The position numbers were made by a program, and so were the translations under genes. Shown in pieces: positions 1-8,419 of a stretch of DNA of 32,000 bases. This DNA comes from Staphylothermus marinus F1 (lineage in GTDB: Archaea > Thermoproteota > Thermoprotei_A > Sulfolobales > Desulfurococcaceae). Below the pieces are notes generated by a model. It was not told where the DNA came from, did not search any database, and worked only from the letters and a program-made list of their open reading frames with translations. The number at the start of each line of letters is the position of its first letter. Within the stretch, counting starts at the first letter, position 1. The stretch spans positions 1,350,001 through 1,382,000 of the forward strand of contig NC_009033.1 of NCBI RefSeq assembly GCF_000015945.1, read 5' to 3'.

Positions 1-1551
1 TTGAGCGATATTGTATTCATGTTTGAAGTGCATCAACCATATAGACTTGATAGAAACGCATATAATAAACTACTCGAAAAAGCTCTACGAGGAAGACTTG
101 AGCCACATGATCTTGAAGACGCTATTTTCGATAATGGACTGAACAAATTAGTGATAGAAAGAGCTTCTACAAAATGCTATATTCCAGCAACTAAGATAAT
201 ATTGGAAAACATAAAGAGATATGCTAATAGTAATAAACCATTTAAAGTCGCTTATTCTATTAGTGGTGTTTTCATAGAACAAGTTAGGATGTGGAAGCCT
301 GAAGTAATAGATCTATTTATGGAGCTACGTGAAACAGGTATGGTGGAATTTGTTGAGCAAACATATTATCATAGCATGGCTGCTTTCATGCCTTTAAAGG
401 ACTGGTCTGAGTTGAGAGAGCAAATACTTGAGCACCGCAGAGCTATGAAGGAATTATTCGATTATGAACCTAAGAGCATAGAGAATACTGAGTTCTCATA
501 CAATAATGATATTGCTTGGCTATTCTCCTCTATGGGATACAAAGTTGTATTAACTGAGGGTGTTGACTGGGTTCTCGGATGGAGATCGCCTAATTATGTT
601 TATAGAGCATATGGTAGTGATATCAAGGTTTTAACGAGAAATTATAGGTTAAGCGATGATATAGGTTATAGGTTTAGCGATAGAAACTGGGATCAATACC
701 CATTAACAGCGGATAAGTATGCATCATGGCTAGCTGCAACTCCTGGAGACGTAATATTTCTCGCAATGGATTATGAGACTTTCGGAGAACATCACTGGCC
801 AGAAACCGGGATACACGAGTTCTTGAGATGGTTGCCGGGAGAGATATTGAAGTATAATCACTTATATACTTCGACTCCAAGCGAGGTAGTAGATAAGTAT
901 CCTGCTAGAGACATCATAGATGTTCCACCATGGAATACGATTAGTTGGGCTGATGAACGAGATCTAAGTGCTTGGCTAGGAAATCATATGCAGAGAAACG
1001 CGTTCAAGATCCTTGTTGATCTAAGGCCTTATGTGAAAGCATTAGATGAGCCCGAGATTACCCGTATCTGGAAGCTTCTAACAATAAGTGATCACCTATA
1101 CTATATTGCCACAAAGTTTGGAAGCATAGAACAAGTACACAGTTATTTCTCGCCATACAAGAACGCACCAGATGCTTATGCAATATATGTTCAAGCCCTA
1201 AGTCTTCTAGCAGGATTAATAGCGGAGAAAATAGAGCAGAAAAAATATGATGTGGCAAGAAAACTAGTACTACCAATGAATAAGGCGTTCTACTTCTATA
1301 AACCAACAGGAGAATATACAGGATATAGTGCAACCAATATAAAGGAATTCCTAGAAATAATTAGTAAAGCCCCAGCAGAATCAATACTATATCATTTAAA
1401 AAGAGGAGATTTCCAAGCATGGCTAAGAAGCATATTCGGTTTAGACGAAATAGCTGACGAACTAGACAAGATATCTTCTCAACCATTATCAGCTGAGGAA
1501 GCTCGGAAAGCCGTCTCAGATATAATAAGAAAATTTCTGAGCAGTACATAA
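1..1551 (+). CDS. GH57-family alpha-glucan hydrolase (alpha-amylase/AmyC-like); N-terminus at or just beyond the window edge
   Basis: The frame is open from nt 1 (TTG) to TAA at 1549-1551. 'FMFEVHQPYR' at residues 6-15 is the GH57 region-1 HQP motif, which normally lies within the first ~15 residues. 'IENTEFSY' is the probable nucleophile-Glu region and 'LAMDYETFGEHHW' the acid/base-Asp region. An extra ~100-aa C-terminal domain contains 'LYHLKRGDFQAWL'. Confidence 0.8.
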   Translation: MSDIVFMFEVHQPYRLDRNAYNKLLEKALRGRLEPHDLEDAIFDNGLNKLVIERASTKCYIPATKIILENIKRYANSNKPFKVAYSISGVFIEQVRMWKPEVIDLFMELRETGMVEFVEQTYYHSMAAFMPLKDWSELREQILEHRRAMKELFDYEPKSIENTEFSYNNDIAWLFSSMGYKVVLTEGVDWVLGWRSPNYVYRAYGSDIKVLTRNYRLSDDIGYRFSDRNWDQYPLTADKYASWLAATPGDVIFLAMDYETFGEHHWPETGIHEFLRWLPGEILKYNHLYTSTPSEVVDKYPARDIIDVPPWNTISWADERDLSAWLGNHMQRNAFKILVDLRPYVKALDEPEITRIWKLLTISDHLYYIATKFGSIEQVHSYFSPYKNAPDAYAIYVQALSLLAGLIAEKIEQKKYDVARKLVLPMNKAFYFYKPTGEYTGYSATNIKEFLEIISKAPAESILYHLKRGDFQAWLRSIFGLDEIADELDKISSQPLSAEEARKAVSDIIRKFLSST

Positions 1552-1622
1552 ATCATAGAATCCAAGAGGATTATCTTAGAAAAACTATTTTATGTGGGAG
1601 GATTTTTACCTTAGATCATGGG

Positions 1623-2963
1623 TTGAGGTTGAGGCTGATGTATCTCCGTAAATCCCTATCAGTCATATTGCTGGTACTTATAGCTGTGTTCTTCATGGCT
1701 GATCAAAATCTTTTACCGCCTAATTACCAGTTTATTATGAAGGAATTCGGCATATCTGAAGTTCAAATAGGGCTTGTTTCATCAATATTTGTCGCTACTA
1801 GTGCGGTCATTACTATACTGTGGGGTTTTCTAGCTGATGTGGTTTCGAGGAAGAAATTATTGCTTATAGGAGTGTATTTAGGGGAAATCCCGTGTTTTCT
1901 CACAGCATTCGTAACTAACTATTGGCAATTATTGTTTCTAAGACTCCTAACAGGTATAGGTATAGGATCAATAATACCTATAGCTTATACACTAATAGCT
2001 GATATGTATGAAGAAGCGAAGAGAGGGCGTGGATACGGCTATATAAGTACTGCATTTGGAATAGGTATACTGCTTGGAATGATACTTGCAGGGGTTATTC
2101 CTAGCTGGAGACTTCCTTTTATATATGTATCAGTTCCCAACTGGATACTTGCACCATTATTTTATATAGTAGCTGAAGAGCCTAAGAAGGGTGCTGGAGA
2201 AAAGGTTCTCAGAGAAGCATATGAAAAAGGTATTGAGTATACTTATAAGATTTCATTGAGCGCTATAAAAAAGAGCTTTGAAACCGTTACAAACATACTC
2301 ATATTTGCACAAGGCATCTTTGGAACAGTTCCATGGGGAGTTCTAGTTTATTGGCTAGTATCATTTCTTATGATAACGAGAGGAATGACAAAGGAAACTG
2401 CAACAATAACGTTGCTTCTGCTAGGGATAGCGACAGTTATAGGCAATTTTATAGGTGGTTTTCTAGGTGATTATGCGGAGAAAAAGAAGAGAGGCGGAAG
2501 AGCGATACTTACTGGTCTAGCTATCTTTGTGGGCATGATCGTGACTATATTCATATTAGTATATCCATTACCAAGTAATCCCACCCTTACAGACTGGATA
2601 TTCATAGGGCTCTACAGTATCGGGTTAATACAGTTAGTTAGCTTTGCTTCTCCAAACGTTCCAGCTATAATATCTCAAGTAAATCTACCGGAGGATCGTG
2701 GAACGGTTTTCGGCATATTCAATATACTTGACAATGTTGGACGTGCCATAGGCCCAGTTCTTGGAGGAGCATTAATTGAGTATTTTAGGTCGATTGGATA
2801 CTCTAATCCGGATGCATATTTATGGGCACTAATAGTTTCTACATTATTCTGGATTCCATGTTCATTGATTTGGATATTTATCTATAAGAAGTATCCAGAG
2901 GATAGGGATGAGATCATTAGGATTCTCGAGGAAAGAATTAAGGTTTTAAGTAAAGCGAGATAA
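1623..2963 (+). CDS. Major facilitator superfamily (MFS) transporter, substrate unknown (possibly sugar-related by context)
   Basis: 446 aa, hydrophobic throughout, with about 12 predicted TM segments. Has the MFS motif-A-like 'WGFLADVVSRKKLLLIG' and a central hydrophilic loop ('EEPKKGAGEKVLREAYEKG'). Start is ambiguous: TTG 1623 or ATG 1638. Confidence 0.8.
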   Translation: MRLRLMYLRKSLSVILLVLIAVFFMADQNLLPPNYQFIMKEFGISEVQIGLVSSIFVATSAVITILWGFLADVVSRKKLLLIGVYLGEIPCFLTAFVTNYWQLLFLRLLTGIGIGSIIPIAYTLIADMYEEAKRGRGYGYISTAFGIGILLGMILAGVIPSWRLPFIYVSVPNWILAPLFYIVAEEPKKGAGEKVLREAYEKGIEYTYKISLSAIKKSFETVTNILIFAQGIFGTVPWGVLVYWLVSFLMITRGMTKETATITLLLLGIATVIGNFIGGFLGDYAEKKKRGGRAILTGLAIFVGMIVTIFILVYPLPSNPTLTDWIFIGLYSIGLIQLVSFASPNVPAIISQVNLPEDRGTVFGIFNILDNVGRAIGPVLGGALIEYFRSIGYSNPDAYLWALIVSTLFWIPCSLIWIFIYKKYPEDRDEIIRILEERIKVLSKAR

Positions 2964-2968
2964 AAATT

Positions 2969-4234
2969 TTATTCGAGGTTCTTTAATCCATATTTTTCTA
3001 GGTATTCATCACTTATAGTCTTGGTACGTGCTATTTGACTATATACATATGCGCTTTTTCTAGGTTTTCTCTCAAAAGTCTTATAATCAACTTCTACTAG
3101 TCCGAACCTTTGGTTAAATCCTTTATCCCACTCAAAATTATCCATGAAGCTCCAGTAGAAATATCCTTTCACCTTTGCTCCTTCATTCATGGCTTTATAT
3201 AAGTATTGTAAGTGCCTGATAATGGATAAAATCCTTAATTCATCATTTTCTACTGCAACACCGTTCTCTGTAATGATTATTTCTTTGCCGTATTTCTCAT
3301 GAGTTTTCATTACAACTTCATATATTCCTCTAGGATATATGCAGTAACCCATAGTTGTCCATAGACCTGTATCTAATGGTTCGACTTTAATATGTAGTTT
3401 AAAAGGATTCCAAGTATATTTTACAATATATGATGAATAATAGTTTATGCCTATGAAATCAATATTTCCGGGCTCAACTCGGTATTTTCCACGGAGAGTT
3501 TCTAGTTCTCCCCTTAATATTCCGTTGAGAAATCCCCAGTTGAATGCTTTATCGACTTTATGATAAATATTAATGTCTTTTCCTCTATTAGATCCTGGTT
3601 TAAATGCTATCATGTTTTTAGCTATGCCTACAATACCGTGTTTATGAAGTATATTATAGGCTTCATTATGTGCTTTTAAAAGATTCTTAGTTACTTGATC
3701 AGCTATTTTTAAATTTTTAATTCCAGGTGGCCATTCGCCGGAAATATATCCTTGTAAAACATATATTATTGGTTCATTAATAGTGATCCATATTTTCACG
3801 TCTTTTATCTCGGAAGCTATAAGTTCTACATATTTTATAAAATATTTTATGTTCTCTTCCCTAGTCCATCCACCAATTTTCATAAACCATTGCGGGTTTG
3901 TGAAGTGGTGAAGAGTGATTACAGGTTCTATCCCGTATTTTCTAAGTAGATTAACTATTTCCTTATACTTATTAAGCGACTCATAATCTATATGATCTTT
4001 TCTGGGAAATATTCTACTCCACTCTATGGAGAACCTATAAGCATTATATCCCAGCTCAGCCATAAGCTCTATGTCTTCTTTATAGAGTTCCCAATGATTA
4101 CATGCCTTACCCGATCTCACCTTAATCCTGCCTTTAGTCTCCCACTCCCACCAATCATTAAATATGTTATTACCCTCGATCTGGTGCGATGATGTAGCTG
4201 TTCCAAACAAGAAATAATCAGGAAACCTTATCAA
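2969..4234 (-). CDS. GH1 beta-glycosidase (short ~420-aa Pyrococcus horikoshii BGPh-like type)
   Basis: N-terminus 'FPDYFLFGTATSSHQIEGNN', acid/base motif 'WITINEP', nucleophile motif 'IIITENG', and 'YFYWSFMDNFEW'. TTG start at 4234-4232 with GAGGA 6 nt upstream on the minus strand. The resemblance to BGPh is recalled from memory, not aligned. Confidence 0.9.
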   Translation of the reverse strand: MIRFPDYFLFGTATSSHQIEGNNIFNDWWEWETKGRIKVRSGKACNHWELYKEDIELMAELGYNAYRFSIEWSRIFPRKDHIDYESLNKYKEIVNLLRKYGIEPVITLHHFTNPQWFMKIGGWTREENIKYFIKYVELIASEIKDVKIWITINEPIIYVLQGYISGEWPPGIKNLKIADQVTKNLLKAHNEAYNILHKHGIVGIAKNMIAFKPGSNRGKDINIYHKVDKAFNWGFLNGILRGELETLRGKYRVEPGNIDFIGINYYSSYIVKYTWNPFKLHIKVEPLDTGLWTTMGYCIYPRGIYEVVMKTHEKYGKEIIITENGVAVENDELRILSIIRHLQYLYKAMNEGAKVKGYFYWSFMDNFEWDKGFNQRFGLVEVDYKTFERKPRKSAYVYSQIARTKTISDEYLEKYGLKNLE

Positions 4235-4280
4235 GATTTATCCTCTATAACTTTACTAGATTAAACATAAAATGATCAGA

Positions 4281-4288
4281 TTTATAAA
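4281..4288 (-). promoter_or_regulatory. TATA-box-like element for the GH1 gene
   Basis: 'TTTATAAA' lies about 50 nt upstream of TTG 4234 on the minus strand. This leaves room for a short leader carrying the GAGGA SD. Confidence 0.3.
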
Positions 4289-4302
4289 ATATTATGTCTT
4301 AT

Positions 4303-4346
4303 CTGTTCAAATAAATCTAGTTTTTTATAATATTTATTGTGAACAG
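4303..4346. promoter_or_regulatory. Imperfect inverted repeat (candidate operator) centred in the divergent GH1 / GH57-glgA promoter region
   Basis: Left arm is CTGTTCAAATAAAT (4303-4316). The reverse complement of the right arm ATTTATTGTGAACAG (4332-4346) is CTGTTCACAATAAAT, identical apart from one extra C. The 15-nt spacer contains T6 plus ATAAT. The repeat midpoint (~4324) nearly coincides with the midpoint between the two start codons (~4322). Confidence 0.4.
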
Positions 4347-4377
4347 TTTTGGACAACCATTATAAAAATGGGGGAGC

Positions 4378-4389
4378 TAAATATATTTA
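4378..4389 (+). promoter_or_regulatory. TATA-box-like element for the GH57-glgA operon (implies a leaderless or near-leaderless mRNA)
   Basis: 'AAATATATTTAA' is centred about 26 nt upstream of GTG 4410. No SD-like motif lies between it and the start. Confidence 0.35.
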
Positions 4390-4409
4390 AGAAACATTAA
4401 GCTCTAACT

Positions 4410-6356
4410 GTGGTGAAACATGTCTTGGCCAGAATAAACTTTATATTTACAATTCACTTTCATCAACCAACAGGCCAGCTTGAATGGATTAATAGGAGAA
4501 TATTTGAGAACAGCTATAAGTTGTTGCTCGACATTATGAAGAGTTATGCTGATCTAAAATTTACAGTTCATATTAGTGGTCCCCTGCTCCTATGGTTAGT
4601 GGATAATTATCCTGAATGGATAAATGAAATGGCTAGACTCGGAGACTATGGTACTATCGAGTTTTTAGCTGGAAGTATGGGTGAAGCCATTCTACCACTA
4701 CTTCCCTCGGAGGATAGATATTATCAAGTAAGAGAGTATCTTAGATTCTTCGAGAAAATATTTGGGTATAAACCTAAAGGATTATGGCTTCCGGAAAGAG
4801 TATGGGAGCCTAGTCTTCCAGAACCATTAGCTAAGAACGGGATTGAATACGTATTCATAGATGATTCGACACTGTATAGAGCTGGGCAAAGCAGTGATAA
4901 TGCATATTATGCATGGATTACTGAGGAGGGAGGAAAAATTGTTAAGTTATTCTTTATAGATACAGCTTTAAGATACATTCTTCCTTGGAGAACTAGTGAA
5001 GAAGTATTCAACTATATGCTTTCGAAAGGAGATGAGGAAGGAAGTAGGGTGATCGTGTGGGGGAGTGATGCTGAAAAGTTTGGTGAGTGGAAAGATGCGG
5101 AATGGGCTAGGTGGTGGTTAAACGATTTCCTATCTAAAATTAGGAGTAGAAGACACGAAATAAACATGGTTCACCCGCTCGAGTACCTAAGAGAATACGG
5201 CGCTAGAGGATTAATGTACTTACCAACTGGAAGCTATGATAAAATGCTGGAGTGGAGCAATGGCTTCTTCCGTAACTTCTTGATTAAGTATAGAGAAAGC
5301 AATAATATGCATAAAAAAATGTTGTGGGTGAGGAGAAAACTTAAGAATGCACCAGAAGTAGCTGAAGAGGCATGGAGATATTATCACTTAGCACAATGCA
5401 ACGATGCTTATTGGCATGGATTATTTGGAGGAATATATCTCTCTCATCTAAGACAAGCAATATATGAGTATTATTTGAAAGCGGAGAGACTAGCCGAAGA
5501 AGCTATGGATTATTATGATGAGGAACCTCTACACATATATTATACTGATTTCGACTATGATGGTAGAAACGAATACTTGTTTGAAACTAAAAAGCTTAAC
5601 TTATATTTCAAACCGGACGATGGTGGGACGCTTTTCGAGTTCGATATAAAAGCTAAGAAACTAGAACATAATATCCAAGATACCATGACAAGATATTGGG
5701 AACCATATCTTGAAGGCGTAAAGTTTAATCCTGACTGGTATAGGAGAGTTAGTCTACGAATACATCTCTGGGCCCCCGACACTTCTATATGGGATTGGAT
5801 CAATAATACACCGTTCAAGGATCAAAGCGATCTTGCTTTGAAAAGGTATAACACATCTTTAACAAAGGATAATGAGTTGATAATGAGAGCTCTGGGAGGA
5901 CACTATGTTTATGGTATAGAACCAGCTAAGATCCTTGCTGAAAAGAAGATCAGGATCTTGGATGAAGGATTACTGACCGATTATAGAATAGTGAATCACG
6001 GTAATAGACTTGTAAACACAATAATAGGATTGGAATATCATGTGGCTCCAAAAATTGATAGGACCGGTAAAGGGGAACCAATTGGTTACGAAGTAAAAGA
6101 TGGTTTCCACCGCTCAAATGAGTACTGGGTAGGAGACTATGATAAAGTCGTGATTAAAAGCTCAGTGTATCCAGATATAATACTTGAATCTAAAAATACT
6201 GAACAAGTATGGGTAGCACCATTAAACAGCTTAGCTAGAACGGATAAGGGAATGCAGGAAATATTCCAAGGAATAGCGATCATGTTTGTAAAGAATGTAG
6301 AGTTAAAGCCCCGCGAAGAGTTCAGATCTACTGTTAAGTACTATGTAGCACCATAA
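4410..6356 (+). CDS. GH57 4-alpha-glucanotransferase / alpha-amylase (Thermococcus litoralis / Pyrococcus furiosus type)
   Basis: 'INFIFTIHFHQP', 'GTIEFLAGS', 'GLWLPERVWEP' (nucleophile Glu), 'VWGSDAEKFGEW' (acid/base Asp) and 'AQCNDAYWHGLFGGIYLSHLR'. The 648-aa length matches the ~650-aa enzymes of that subfamily. GTG start at 4410 or 4413, with a TATA-like box centred about 26 nt upstream. Confidence 0.88.
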   Translation: MVKHVLARINFIFTIHFHQPTGQLEWINRRIFENSYKLLLDIMKSYADLKFTVHISGPLLLWLVDNYPEWINEMARLGDYGTIEFLAGSMGEAILPLLPSEDRYYQVREYLRFFEKIFGYKPKGLWLPERVWEPSLPEPLAKNGIEYVFIDDSTLYRAGQSSDNAYYAWITEEGGKIVKLFFIDTALRYILPWRTSEEVFNYMLSKGDEEGSRVIVWGSDAEKFGEWKDAEWARWWLNDFLSKIRSRRHEINMVHPLEYLREYGARGLMYLPTGSYDKMLEWSNGFFRNFLIKYRESNNMHKKMLWVRRKLKNAPEVAEEAWRYYHLAQCNDAYWHGLFGGIYLSHLRQAIYEYYLKAERLAEEAMDYYDEEPLHIYYTDFDYDGRNEYLFETKKLNLYFKPDDGGTLFEFDIKAKKLEHNIQDTMTRYWEPYLEGVKFNPDWYRRVSLRIHLWAPDTSIWDWINNTPFKDQSDLALKRYNTSLTKDNELIMRALGGHYVYGIEPAKILAEKKIRILDEGLLTDYRIVNHGNRLVNTIIGLEYHVAPKIDRTGKGEPIGYEVKDGFHRSNEYWVGDYDKVVIKSSVYPDIILESKNTEQVWVAPLNSLARTDKGMQEIFQGIAIMFVKNVELKPREEFRSTVKYYVAP

Positions 6357-6377
6357 TAATTTATTGGAGGGTTTATT

Positions 6378-8042
6378 TTGAAAATATGGCTCTTAACATT
6401 TGAATCAACCTACACGAGAAAAGTAGGTGGATTAGCAGAAGTTCCTCCCAGACTAGGTACTGCTTTAAAAAATAAAGGTCATGATGTAACTATTATTGTT
6501 CCAAGTCATGGATTCATAAAAGAACATTCTAAAGAATTAGAATTCATAAAGAAGTATAGGATTAGAAATAGAACAATAGAAATATATATGTATTCTAAGC
6601 CTCCAGTAGAACATATTATTATTGGAGGAGACATACTGGAAGAAAGCGAAGTATATGCTTCAGAATACCTATTAGAGAAGATTATTCTATGGAGTATTGG
6701 TTTAAAACTCTATGCAGAATATTTATTGAATAATGAGGGAATAATACCGGACATTGTCCATGCTAATGACTGGCATAGTGTTCCAGGAATTGTAGGTTTA
6801 AAATCTGTTTATGATATGAAGGGATCAAGGGATTATGTAGGCTTCTATTATCAAATACATTTATTGTCTAGACACTATTATCCTATTGAACACCTAACCT
6901 ATATGATAGGAGTAGATCCGAATAAGGAGGTTCGAGGCATTTATGGATGGAAAACGTTCAGGGAATACTATGAGTTATCACATGGATATGCTGATAGATT
7001 GGGGGGATTACTCAGTGATAAAACACTCACGGTTAGTCGAGAATATATAAAGGAAGTAGTTAAGAGAATAGGATGGGATCTAATAGAACATGTTGACTAT
7101 ATACCTAATGCTACTACTTGGAAAACAGAGGAAATAATAAATAATGTTCTAAAAATACATGAGACGCTTAAAACATATATTAGAGAACTCAACGACATCA
7201 TATCGAATCGTATCAATATTAGAAAGTATTTCTTACTTGAAGGCTTAAGCAAAATGAGTAGTGAAGAACCGGTTATTGATGATAAAGACTTCAAAGCATT
7301 CATAGATAAACTAGATGTTCCCCCATTTATAGGTGGAGGCAAAATAGTTCCTTTCAAAGAAGAGGGGCCACTAGCTATTATTACTGGTAGACTGGCTAGA
7401 CAAAAGGGTATACATGTATTTCTCAAAGCTGTTGAGGAAATAATTTATCGTGTACCAGAAGCAAAATTTATATTACTACTCTTGCCTGTTTGGGGCGAGA
7501 AAAGATTAGCTGAAGAACTAATAGAGTATACTATAACTATGCCTGATAATATTAGAGTAGTTTTCGGAAGAACTAAGAGCATATATCAGTTAGCTCACCT
7601 CGCAACAGATATAATGATTGCTCCAAGCATATATGAACCATTTGGGTTAATGGCTCTTGAAGCAATGTCTGCAGGTGCACCTGTAGTTGCTAGTAAGACT
7701 GGGGGATTAGCTGAAACAGTTATAGATATTATCATGAATGGTGTTACGGGTACAGGATTACATGTTATCCCCGGAGATCCAGATGATCTTGCTGATAAAA
7801 CAAGTGATCTCCTATTATTCATGGAGACAAGTAACTATGAAGCATGGAGTCGTGAATGGAAAAGAGTTTTGGAGAGAATAAATAATAAAGCACTAGTTGA
7901 AATATTATTATCGAATCCTAAAGCGCCAGAACTTGTTAGAAGATCAAGTATTAGAAGAGCCATGAGCTATACATGGGATAAATCAGCTGAAAAAGCTTTG
8001 AAAATATATATGGGAGCTAAAAATGATCTTCAAAAGATTTAA
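6378..8042 (+). CDS. glgA: Glycogen (starch) synthase, GT5 family
   Basis: 'RKVGGLAEVPPRLG' is the K-x-G-G-L motif. Also has 'TGRLARQKG' and the E-x7-E motif 'EPFGLMALE' followed by 'AMSAGAPVVASKTGGL'. TTG start at 6378 is preceded by GGAGG at 6366-6370. Lies 21 nt after the upstream GH57 gene. Confidence 0.9.
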   Translation: MKIWLLTFESTYTRKVGGLAEVPPRLGTALKNKGHDVTIIVPSHGFIKEHSKELEFIKKYRIRNRTIEIYMYSKPPVEHIIIGGDILEESEVYASEYLLEKIILWSIGLKLYAEYLLNNEGIIPDIVHANDWHSVPGIVGLKSVYDMKGSRDYVGFYYQIHLLSRHYYPIEHLTYMIGVDPNKEVRGIYGWKTFREYYELSHGYADRLGGLLSDKTLTVSREYIKEVVKRIGWDLIEHVDYIPNATTWKTEEIINNVLKIHETLKTYIRELNDIISNRINIRKYFLLEGLSKMSSEEPVIDDKDFKAFIDKLDVPPFIGGGKIVPFKEEGPLAIITGRLARQKGIHVFLKAVEEIIYRVPEAKFILLLLPVWGEKRLAEELIEYTITMPDNIRVVFGRTKSIYQLAHLATDIMIAPSIYEPFGLMALEAMSAGAPVVASKTGGLAETVIDIIMNGVTGTGLHVIPGDPDDLADKTSDLLLFMETSNYEAWSREWKRVLERINNKALVEILLSNPKAPELVRRSSIRRAMSYTWDKSAEKALKIYMGAKNDLQKI

Positions 8043-8406
8043 AGGTATAAGAATCGAGAGAGAGCAATGGCTTAAATCAATACCCGTACGTGTAGTTGAG
8101 GACTACACAGAAGATGATAATGGTATAGTTACAATTCTCGTCGAGCTCGAATATAGAGGTTTAATCGGTAAAATAATTAAGGCGATCTCAATTACTCCAC
8201 CGCCAAAATATAAACGAATAGTACTTGATAAGATAGGATCTGTTGTGTGGAAAATGTGTGACGGAAAACATACTGTAGAAGACATAATTAAGAAACTAAT
8301 GTCTATAACAGGTCTTTCTAGGAGAAATGTTGAATTAGCCGTCTACCACTATATAAAAACACTTGTAATGAAGGGTTTAATAGAATTAAAAATCCCGGAA
8401 AAATAA
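8023..8406 (+). CDS. PqqD-family / RiPP-recognition-element (RRE)-like small protein
   Basis: C-terminal half 'LDKIGSVVWKMCDGKHTVEDIIKKLMSITGLSRRNVELAVYHYIKTLVMKGLIEL' fits the PqqD winged-helix pattern (iW.l.DG..tv.eI...l......v..dv..fl..L...glI). ATG 8023 overlaps the glgA 3' end by 20 nt. GGGAG lies 7 nt upstream. Confidence 0.65.
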   Translation: MIFKRFKGIRIEREQWLKSIPVRVVEDYTEDDNGIVTILVELEYRGLIGKIIKAISITPPPKYKRIVLDKIGSVVWKMCDGKHTVEDIIKKLMSITGLSRRNVELAVYHYIKTLVMKGLIELKIPEK

Positions 8407-8419
8407 CGGTGTAGTATGC

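Noticed and set aside
1-3. Treating TTG at nt 1 as the confirmed start of the first GH57 gene
   Set aside because: The HQP motif position makes a start here or a few codons upstream likely. However, the frame is open at the window edge, so the true start cannot be established.
4235-4409. Thermococcales glycolytic motif (TATCAC-N5-GTGATA, the TrmB/Tgr site) in sugar-gene promoters
   Set aside because: I did not find this motif in any intergenic region of the window. The palindrome that is present has a different sequence and spacing.
7097-7426. 109-aa minus-strand ORF inside glgA (similar cases: 14745-15077, 10590-10865, 13353-13622, 17904-18161, 19199-19456)
   Set aside because: All are antisense to long, motif-supported genes. 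They are typical stop-poor antisense frames, and nothing supports them as independent genes.
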